A DNA stretch of 64,000 nucleotides from Candidatus Undinarchaeales archaeon (GTDB taxonomy: Archaea > SpSt-1190 > JASMDC01), in assembly GCA_030753015.1 (NCBI GenBank), contig JASMDC010000004.1, positions 1 to 64,000 of the forward strand, in the 5' to 3' direction. Shown here in pieces: positions 36,626 to 44,176 of the stretch. The stretch's first letter is position 1. Each line of letters starts with the position of its first letter. Under the pieces are notes generated by a model. The model saw only the letters and a list, made by a program, of their open reading frames with translations, was not told the DNA's origin and searched no databases. The position numbers were made by a program, and so were the translations under genes.

Positions 36626-37633
36626 CTATTCCCCGCGGCCACCCGTAGCCTTGAAGAAACTCCCGAACGCGTCGTTGGACGCTGTGTTATAGACAGGTGC
36701 TGCGGAGAAGGCACCACGACGCATGGTGCCGAAACCATGGTCCACCGAGGTGGGCTTGCGCATCTGGAGCGTAGACATACGCTGAGATGACGCGAAGTTG
36801 CCGGCGATCTTCCCGGGATCGAGCATCTTGATCTTTGCACTCTTGATCAGGCCACTGTTGGCATTGAAGCTCTTGAGGGCATTGGAGAATTTCCCCGGTT
36901 TCCCGCCCTCGCCGGACGTCCAGAACTTCCTACGTTCCTCGGGCGTCACCGACATCACATAGAAGAGGATATCGAGGATCGCGTCCATAGCCACGAGTAC
37001 GAACGTACCGGTGAGCACGAATATCGTGAAGGTCATGGGATCGGTTGTGGCGTTGAATATGGTCGTCTCGACCCAGCGGATGATCCCGTTGAGCACGCCG
37101 CCACGGGCACCGACGAGAGCCATGGCCAGGGCGATATAGGTGCACGTGCGGTCCGAGAGCACTGACGAATAGACGAGGAGCGACATGCACATGTGGAATA
37201 GGATGTAGATAGGGACTATGATCGATATGATGAACTCCAGAGAGAATCCTGCCCGGAGCTCCGCCTCGACGAAGGCCGAAATAAAGTCAAGGAAGATTGT
37301 GATACCACCTTTCAACTGCTCTGTTGCGTACTGGAGCGGTTGGCCTATGGTCGCCTGGATATCCAAGTGCAAGGCGTGCTTCGAGAACATGAAGAGGATA
37401 AAGAGCATGAGCACCATGAAGTAGTAGGTACCGAACCACTTCTCCCCGGCGGAATTCAGTATCAGGAAGAGAAGGAACCCAACGCCCACGATTATCCACA
37501 GGTAGACCTCGTTGGGAACGATGAGCATATAGTAGAGCATGGCAAAGAGGGTTACTATCGGATAATTGGCGAACAGAACAAAGGCTATGAGGGTCCAAGC
37601 GAGCAGCATGAACTTGGGCGTGAACTCCAGCAT
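36626..37633 (-). CDS. Multi-pass membrane protein
   Basis: About 7 hydrophobic segments, basic low-complexity tail; ATG 37633 downstream of an AT-rich promoter region. Confidence 0.65.
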   Translation of the reverse strand: MLEFTPKFMLLAWTLIAFVLFANYPIVTLFAMLYYMLIVPNEVYLWIIVGVGFLLFLILNSAGEKWFGTYYFMVLMLFILFMFSKHALHLDIQATIGQPLQYATEQLKGGITIFLDFISAFVEAELRAGFSLEFIISIIVPIYILFHMCMSLLVYSSVLSDRTCTYIALAMALVGARGGVLNGIIRWVETTIFNATTDPMTFTIFVLTGTFVLVAMDAILDILFYVMSVTPEERRKFWTSGEGGKPGKFSNALKSFNANSGLIKSAKIKMLDPGKIAGNFASSQRMSTLQMRKPTSVDHGFGTMRRGAFSAAPVYNTASNDAFGSFFKATGGRGE

Positions 37634-37747
37634 TTCAAAAACTATATATTTGAGTTGTCCTATAAATAGTTTCTGATTGTCAGTACCTAATGGGGACAAA
37701 CCTTGTTTTTCCTAGAGCGACGTCTGCGGTGGAAGGTGGTGGCAGCG

Positions 37748-39154
37748 ATGGCACTCCTTCTCATCATGTCGCCGCTTGCCCTCGCTATCAACTTCGAAGT
37801 CATCGGTTGCGGGAACCATGTTTGCGATGTAGGTGAGGACCCGGCTACCTGCTGCGGGGACTGCAAGTGTCCTGACGAGCAAGCCTGCACACTGCTCGGA
37901 TGTGTCGGGATCGTAGAGATGGACTCGCTTGGGATCGACAAGTTGCTGACCAATGTGTCCTACTCGGAGGGTACAGAACGGGCCATCGGCCAGGCACGTG
38001 GTTTCGCTAGCAACTTCGGCCTTGCCTTGTCCTGTGGTGAGTGCGTAATAGAGGTCCTCGTCCCCGGTAAGGAGCTGGGTGAGGCGTGCGACGAGTGCGC
38101 CGCGGGCATGGACTCCTTCTCCATGGGGTTCTTCTGGGTGTTCGACGTGGAGCGGGAGGAGTTCGTTGCCTACTGCGGGGACTCCCACTGGCAGTGGGGC
38201 GAGTTCATCGTACCCAAGGAGATCGTGATGTTCGGCTTCTTCCTCATGCTGATCGCCGTCATTTTCCACTTCCTGGGCGTCCACGGCCAGATAAAGGAGA
38301 TAGAATCGCTGGAGTACGAGGGCACGCTGGAGAAGATCCGAGGTCAGAGCAAGACCTGGTTCGCCATCATGAAGCCCGTGTACGAGAAGGTCGCGAAGAT
38401 GAAGCGCGAGGGCGGGGGCGACCAGAAGTATCTTATCTATTTCAAGATTACTGTCGCGGCCCTAGGCTTCCTCTCCTTCGTGCTTGCTGGCGCCGTGGCG
38501 TTCTTCCTCGCCTCCTATGCGCTTGGTGATGGTATGGAGTGCGCCCACTTCGGGTTCAAGCTCGCGCTCGGGTTCACATGGGCCTATTTCCTCGTCATGT
38601 CCTTCTCCGAGGCGGTGACGTCCTTCGGTGTGGAGGAGCTCTCGGACGGGGATCTGGACAGCTACGTATCAGGGATGAGCGACACGGACCGAAGTACGTT
38701 GAAGAAGGTCACGAACACCCCCGATGGCGGACCCGAAGGACAGACCACCCTTACCGGCGAGGACAGGTCCGAGAATCGGGCCCTCAAAGATAACCTCAAG
38801 AAATCCATGGGCTGGACGAACATGAAGGGCTCGGGCAACAAGAAGGAGATCGGGTACTTCTACCTGGAGGACTTCATCGGACTCCCCTCCTTCCTGGCCA
38901 AGATGATCATCGATCCCTTCCGTCACCCCATCGGGCGGACCATCATCGTGCTGATGCTCTTCGATATATTCGACCCGATCCGCTGGGAATGGACATACCT
39001 GCTCCAGCTCAACGGCATCGTGTTCGGCGCATACCTCCTCCTCTGCCTTGAGTGGGAGTTCAAGGGCATGCTCGTCACCGGCGCCGCCTATATCGCGGAC
39101 CTGTTCTTCGGTGCCTTCATGAAGCTGGGTGGAAAGCTCTCCGGGCGCTCCTAA
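37748..39154 (+). CDS. Membrane protein with N-terminal CG(N/D)xxC..E...CxxDC cysteine-rich motif
   Basis: Signal peptide, CGNHVCDVGEDPATCCGDC, about 5 TM helices. Confidence 0.7.
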   Translation: MALLLIMSPLALAINFEVIGCGNHVCDVGEDPATCCGDCKCPDEQACTLLGCVGIVEMDSLGIDKLLTNVSYSEGTERAIGQARGFASNFGLALSCGECVIEVLVPGKELGEACDECAAGMDSFSMGFFWVFDVEREEFVAYCGDSHWQWGEFIVPKEIVMFGFFLMLIAVIFHFLGVHGQIKEIESLEYEGTLEKIRGQSKTWFAIMKPVYEKVAKMKREGGGDQKYLIYFKITVAALGFLSFVLAGAVAFFLASYALGDGMECAHFGFKLALGFTWAYFLVMSFSEAVTSFGVEELSDGDLDSYVSGMSDTDRSTLKKVTNTPDGGPEGQTTLTGEDRSENRALKDNLKKSMGWTNMKGSGNKKEIGYFYLEDFIGLPSFLAKMIIDPFRHPIGRTIIVLMLFDIFDPIRWEWTYLLQLNGIVFGAYLLLCLEWEFKGMLVTGAAYIADLFFGAFMKLGGKLSGRS

Positions 39155-39166
39155 AGCGACCGGATT

Positions 39167-39955
39167 TCACCACTCGTTGAGCGCTCCGACAGCAACGCCC
39201 ACGGACCCTTCATCGGGGAACGTGAACCGCGTCCCGAAGAGACGTCCGACACGGTCCAGCACGGAACGCAGCACGGGATTGGCCGCGGGCTTGCCTAGCA
39301 CAACGATGTCGTTCGGGCTGTCAGCGCGATGGGCTGCCTGGGACGCCACGGTGCCGACCACCTCGCCCACGAGGGTATGGATGGCGGCTGCAAGGTCCTC
39401 GGGCGTACGTGAGTCGAGTTTCCCCAGGTTCGCTGCAGTGTCGTCGGGGGTGAGGATACCCACGGCCTTGTACCCCAGGTCGCCGACGGTGAGGTCAACG
39501 CGTGTCGCGTCACCGTTCCGGGCGAGCGCCATGAGCGTGTCCGGGTTCCCCTCATCGAGGATGAGACGCCCGAGACCGACGAGAGTCGCTCCGCCGACGC
39601 CAGTACCACCGAGATGGCGGTACGCATCGCCGTTTGCATGCACAAGAGCTGTTCCCGTCCCCATGCTCATGGCCAAGCAAGTGCTCTTCTCAGCAAGGCG
39701 CTGAGCACCGCGTCCTATCGCGGTCATCTCATCGACGCCCGTCAGGGTGAGTTCCTTGTAGGAGACGCGGGACGCCCGTGCCCCGGTGACGAAGAGGCGG
39801 CGCGGGATGCCGAACCGTTCACGCACCTCGTCCAGTACCCCTGTGGAGGCCTCTGGAGCATCGCTCCCCTGGAGTGTCCGGGAGACCAGGATGTGTCTAC
39901 CTTCGGCGAGGAGCACGTCCGTGCAGCTCCCACCCGCGTCTATCGCGGCGTCCAT
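39167..39955 (-). CDS. Type II pantothenate kinase-like (CoaW/Fumble family)
   Basis: IDAGGS, VTGARA, DEMTAIGRGA, SMGTGT, HLGGTGVGGATL.GL, VDLTVGD, TAANLGK. Confidence 0.8.
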   Translation of the reverse strand: MDAAIDAGGSCTDVLLAEGRHILVSRTLQGSDAPEASTGVLDEVRERFGIPRRLFVTGARASRVSYKELTLTGVDEMTAIGRGAQRLAEKSTCLAMSMGTGTALVHANGDAYRHLGGTGVGGATLVGLGRLILDEGNPDTLMALARNGDATRVDLTVGDLGYKAVGILTPDDTAANLGKLDSRTPEDLAAAIHTLVGEVVGTVASQAAHRADSPNDIVVLGKPAANPVLRSVLDRVGRLFGTRFTFPDEGSVGVAVGALNEW

Positions 39956-40031
39956 ACCACCGCCGAGGGGTCACAAAAAGTATATATATGATGCATCCCA
40001 CATATCCCGTTCCGGGGGTAGCGGGACGGAC

Positions 40032-40844
40032 GTAGAAGGTGAGACCCTCTATTGGGAGAAACATGGGCTTGAGCTCGAGACTTACGACGATATAGTCGGA
40101 CGGCTCGAGGAACTCGAAACATCCCACAAGGACCAGATGAACGTCTACACCTTCGGCACTTCCTCGGGCGGTAAGGACCTCTACGGCGTGGACATCTACG
40201 CAGGCACCGGCACCCCCAAGGAGACCGTCTTCATCACTGCGGGCCATCATGGCACCGAGGGAGGTGGGGTCGAGGCCGCCATGGAGTTCATCGAGAACTA
40301 CCTGGAGAGCGATACACCCTTCGCCCAGCAGCTCAAGGAGCGGGTGCGCTTCACGATCGTTCCTTGTGTGAACGTCGACCAGTACGCTCTCGCCCCGGCG
40401 CAGAGGGCGTACAACAATCTTAACGACAGGGACCTAAACTCGCAGTACAACCGCCGGCGCGGCATAGAACCGGAGAGCAAGGCGGTCAAGGAGCTCTACC
40501 TCTCCATCGAGGAGCCGATCAACCTCGCTTTCGACCTGCACGAGACCGAGGGCGAGTGGGTCAAGGGATTCTCGATATTCGAGAACAAGCCCTACCGTCG
40601 CCGCATCCTCAACCATGCTGCCCACGCGGCGGGAAAGGTCTCAAAGCAATACCCACTCCACAGCAACGGTGTCATCCACGACATCAACCCGTCCTGCTTC
40701 GACGGGTTCGCCTGCGGCGAGGGTGCCTACTCCTACACGTTCGAAGCGCCCTTGAGCAAGAAGTTCGCCATAGAAGATCGTGTGGAGATGCAGCTCATCG
40801 CACTGGACGACATCATCACCCTGTACTACAAGGACCGGGTATAG
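40032..40844 (+). CDS. M14 zinc carboxypeptidase family protein (start uncertain)
   Basis: AGHHGTE (HxxE), PCVNVD, DLNSQY, DLHET, YTFEAP; first in-frame ATG is at 40137 but homology-like YDDI..RL lies upstream. Confidence 0.8.
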   Translation, partial: VEGETLYWEKHGLELETYDDIVGRLEELETSHKDQMNVYTFGTSSGGKDLYGVDIYAGTGTPKETVFITAGHHGTEGGGVEAAMEFIENYLESDTPFAQQLKERVRFTIVPCVNVDQYALAPAQRAYNNLNDRDLNSQYNRRRGIEPESKAVKELYLSIEEPINLAFDLHETEGEWVKGFSIFENKPYRRRILNHAAHAAGKVSKQYPLHSNGVIHDINPSCFDGFACGEGAYSYTFEAPLSKKFAIEDRVEMQLIALDDIITLYYKDRV

Positions 40845-40856
40845 TCCCTCATCCGC

Positions 40857-41333
40857 CTACCTGAAAGACTCTTCTGCCCTGATGTCCCTGCCGCTCTCGG
40901 TCTCCAGCACCGTGTGGTCGATTGCTGACGTGGTCGTCATGTGCACGAGGACCTTGCGGAAGCCCGGGCCCGCGCACTCCATGAGGAAGATGCGCCGGTC
41001 GTGACCGATGAGGAGCTGCCCCCCCGCCACGGGGACGCTGCAGGTGACGCCCACCAGTGCCGCGGCGAAGGCCGGTCGGCTCGCTTCCGTCTCGAGCTTG
41101 CGGATCTCGGTAGCTGTGGAGCCCACAGCTCCCAGGAGCCCCCCCACGCCTAGGATGAGGGCCGGTTCGTTCTCGAGGATCAGGATACCACAGGAGGAGG
41201 ACGAGGACACGAGTGTCAGGACACCGTGCTCGATCTCACGCTCGCGGAGCACCTTGCCTATCTGAGGGGTGATATCCACCATTCCCCGCTCGAAGGAGGT
41301 CTCGATCTCGATCGCAGTGCTCTCCACCCGCAT
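40857..41333 (-). CDS. YjbQ/UPF0047-like protein (divergent)
   Basis: MVDITPQI, ENEPAL, SVPVAGGQLLIG..RIFLME..GP.RKV; the conserved His residues appear to be absent. Confidence 0.7.
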   Translation of the reverse strand: MRVESTAIEIETSFERGMVDITPQIGKVLREREIEHGVLTLVSSSSSCGILILENEPALILGVGGLLGAVGSTATEIRKLETEASRPAFAAALVGVTCSVPVAGGQLLIGHDRRIFLMECAGPGFRKVLVHMTTTSAIDHTVLETESGRDIRAEESFR

Positions 41334-41385
41334 GGGCCATGCACGACGGTCAAATGATTTATGTTTGTCCTCCCCTGAGGGTGCC

Positions 41386-41991
41386 ATGGGCACGTTCATC
41401 CCCGCGCTCAAGAGGTACGAGACGGAAATAGAGCGCTTAGGCCCGACCATCACCATCAGCGGTCCGGCTGCCAGTGGCAAATCCTCGGCGGCCAAGGGGG
41501 TGGCCAAGCGGTTGGGGATGAAGCATGTCTCTATGGGCGTTGTGTTCCGGGAGATGGCCAATGAGCAGGGACTGCCGCTGGACGAGTTCCTGGCGAAGTC
41601 CACCGCCGACTTCCACGAACGGGCCGATGCACGCCAGCTCGAGTACGCCATGCGAGGCGGCGTCGTTATCGAGGGCCGGCTCGGCGCCTGGGTCGCCGGC
41701 GACCATGCCCAGATGCGCTTCTGGCTCACAGCCCCTCTGAGAGAGCGGGGACGCCGTGCAGCGGATCGCGAGGGTCTCTCCCTCGACGATGCCGTCCGCT
41801 CCGTGCGCAAGCGCGATGCCATCGACGTGGGCAACTACAAGAGGATCTACGGTTTCGACTTCACGTCACTGGAGCCCTACAATTACGTGATCTCCAACCA
41901 TCTCTACGACCTTCATGGGACGGTGGACATCCTCGCCTACCTCGTCAGCAAGGCCAAGAACCGCCTGCCCGCCTCCGACACATTGAAATAG
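41386..41991 (+). CDS. cmk: Archaeal-type cytidylate kinase
   Basis: ITISGPAASGKSS, SMGVVFREMA, VIEGRLGAW, YKRIYGFD. Confidence 0.88.
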   Translation: MGTFIPALKRYETEIERLGPTITISGPAASGKSSAAKGVAKRLGMKHVSMGVVFREMANEQGLPLDEFLAKSTADFHERADARQLEYAMRGGVVIEGRLGAWVAGDHAQMRFWLTAPLRERGRRAADREGLSLDDAVRSVRKRDAIDVGNYKRIYGFDFTSLEPYNYVISNHLYDLHGTVDILAYLVSKAKNRLPASDTLK

Positions 41992-42012
41992 GTTGCGCCC
42001 CTCCAGCACACC

Positions 42013-42306
42013 GGACGGGAGGGGAAGGACGGCTCTCGGGGTACTCCTGAGGAAGGTCCTCCCACGTCAGGCAGTCCAGCCTTCGGGCCGGGGCGAGAGT
42101 CCCGCGTCCGGGAGCAGAAACGAAACGTTCCCGTCGCCATCCAACGCATGATCCCTCGCGGGTGACGGGTGGCGGGTACGGTGAAACGGCCCGGTCGTGG
42201 ATAAGTGCAAGCTCCCGCACCAACGGGGTAGCCTGACCCCGGCGGGGTAAAGCGCTCAGCTGAATGCCGTCTAGAACAGAAGGAGGCCTACTCTCCCCAC
42301 CCGTCC
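42013..42306 (+). ncRNA. rnpB: RNase P RNA, archaeal type A
   Basis: CR-I GAGGAAGGTCCTCC pairs with CR-V AGAACAGAAGGAGG; GCAGAAAC and TGAAACGG motifs; P6 GTCAGG/CCTGAC; P8 UUCG and P9 GAGA hairpins; TTGAAATA upstream. Confidence 0.95.
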
Positions 42307-42351
42307 ACCCTCCTTCAAAGAAAGAGGGTGGAAGGTGACGGTGTTTCTCTA

Positions 42352-44109
42352 TTACTCGCAACCCGCGCAGGGACCGCAGGGACCGCAGCCGGCCTCCACA
42401 TCGCCCTCACCGGCGAGGAGAACACCAAGGACGAGGGGGAGGTCGTCCACAGGGACGCGCTCCTGCTTTTTCGAGTCACGCTCGCGGAGGGTGACGGTCC
42501 CGTCGTCCAGGGTCTGGGCGTCCACGGTGACTCCGAACGGCACACCGATCTCATCGCACCGGGCGTACCGCCGGCCGATGGACCCGCCGGCATCATAGAT
42601 CACGTCGATGCCCGCGTCACGGAGCGCTTTCTCGATAGCTTTCGCAAGCTCAGGAAGACCGTCCCGGTTCACGAGTGGGAACACACCGCAGGAGATGGGC
42701 GCTAAATGAGGAGCCAAGGCCAGATAGGTGCGGTCGTCCTCCTCCTTCAGGGCATGCTCCAGCACGCACCATAGAATACGGCCGACACCATAGGACGGCT
42801 CCACTACATGAGGGACGATATGCTCGCCCGCGACCTTCTCCTCGACCTCGCGCACCTCGATGAAGGGGACCATGTCCACCATTTCGTCTCCGATCTTGGC
42901 CTCGAGCGATTTCCCGTCATCCTTCACCTTGACAAGGTCAGCGTTGCGCTCCTTGATGAACTCGAGCGCCTCCTTGGCGGCCGACTTGAACTGCTTGCCC
43001 AGAGCGCCCTTGTCAGGGACGGCCTTGCGCACAATCTCGACCTTCGGCTCGTCATATGGGAGGAAAACGGTGAGGTCCTTGCCGCTCACCCGTGTGTGGC
43101 TGGTAAGGTCGTAGTCCGTGCGGTAGGCATGTCCGGCGATCTCCACCCATCCGTAGGAGGTCTCGATCTCCACGTCCCAGGTGTCCCGGGAGTAGTGGGC
43201 CTTCTCGTCAGGCAGCTGCTGGCGGAACCGTATGGCCTCCCATGGGATACCGATGGCCAGAAGGTAGAACTTGCTGAGGGTGAGGTAGTAGCCGAGATAG
43301 GGATTGTCGATGATGCCCTTGTCGACCGCCTCCCCTGCGGGCATCTCCACGATGACACCGTCCTGCTTGAGCTGCTCTTCCCGAGGGAAGAGGCGCAGGG
43401 TCTCGTCCCGTACGGTGTCGAACCGTGGATGGGTACCGATATTTCGCCCGTCGAGGAACACTTCGGCCTCCATCTGGGTGAACTCACGTACACGGAGCAG
43501 CCCCTGACGCGGGGATATCTCGTTCCGGTAGGCCTTGCCGATCTGGATGATGCTGAAAGGTAGACGGGGGCGCATGGTGCGCATGATACGGTTGAAGGCG
43601 ACGAACATACCCTGTGCCGTCTCAGGACGCGCATATGCCGTGGCGCCGCCGGTGGACGTGGAACCGATGGAGGTGCGGAACATGAGGTTAAAGTAACGAA
43701 TGGGGGCCAGCGCTCCGCCGCACTCGGGGCACACGATACCCTCGTCAGCGATGAGCGCGTCCAACTCCTCGGTCGGCAGGCCCTCCACGTTGCGTCCCAT
43801 GGCCTCCTCGATTATGTGGTCCGCGCGGAAGGATTTCTTGCAGGACGCACAGTCAGTGAGAGGGTCGTGGAACTTCGCCACGTGACCGGAGGCCACGAAC
43901 ACTACTTCGGGCATGATTGTGGGCGTGTCGATCTCGTAGCCGCCCTCCTGGACAACGAAGAGCTCGCGCCATAGGTCCTTGATCCCGCGCTCGAGGGCCA
44001 CGCCCAGGGGGCCAAGGTCATAGAACCCGCCCACACCACCGTAGATCTCGCAAGAGCGCCAGAGAAATCCCCTGCGCACACAAATGTCCATGATCTTGTC
44101 AGCATCCAT
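42352..44109 (-). CDS. glyS: Glycine--tRNA ligase (alpha2, archaeal/eukaryotic type)
   Basis: RRGF..S.EIYGG, ASGHV..F.DP, FNLMF, RPETAQG, YRNEISPRQGLLRVREF, EPSYG.GR, SIGRRYAR.DEIG. Confidence 0.96.
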   Translation of the reverse strand: MDADKIMDICVRRGFLWRSCEIYGGVGGFYDLGPLGVALERGIKDLWRELFVVQEGGYEIDTPTIMPEVVFVASGHVAKFHDPLTDCASCKKSFRADHIIEEAMGRNVEGLPTEELDALIADEGIVCPECGGALAPIRYFNLMFRTSIGSTSTGGATAYARPETAQGMFVAFNRIMRTMRPRLPFSIIQIGKAYRNEISPRQGLLRVREFTQMEAEVFLDGRNIGTHPRFDTVRDETLRLFPREEQLKQDGVIVEMPAGEAVDKGIIDNPYLGYYLTLSKFYLLAIGIPWEAIRFRQQLPDEKAHYSRDTWDVEIETSYGWVEIAGHAYRTDYDLTSHTRVSGKDLTVFLPYDEPKVEIVRKAVPDKGALGKQFKSAAKEALEFIKERNADLVKVKDDGKSLEAKIGDEMVDMVPFIEVREVEEKVAGEHIVPHVVEPSYGVGRILWCVLEHALKEEDDRTYLALAPHLAPISCGVFPLVNRDGLPELAKAIEKALRDAGIDVIYDAGGSIGRRYARCDEIGVPFGVTVDAQTLDDGTVTLRERDSKKQERVPVDDLPLVLGVLLAGEGDVEAGCGPCGPCAGCE

Positions 44110-44136
44110 GTTCGGCACCGTTGGAATCTGGTTCTT

Positions 44137-44155
44137 GGATAAGGTTTTTAAAATA
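44137..44155. promoter_or_regulatory. Bidirectional TATA region between glyS and aglB
   Basis: GGATAAGGTTTTTAAAATA about 24 nt before aglB ATG and 28-36 nt before glyS ATG. Confidence 0.55.
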
Positions 44156-44176
44156 CTCGACAGGGCATGGGAGAGT

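Noticed and set aside
42013-42306. Reduced type M/T RNase P RNA
   Set aside because: P6, P8 and the P15-P17 region are present, so it is an ordinary type A; the UCCUCC/GGAGG P4 is just a compensatory variant.
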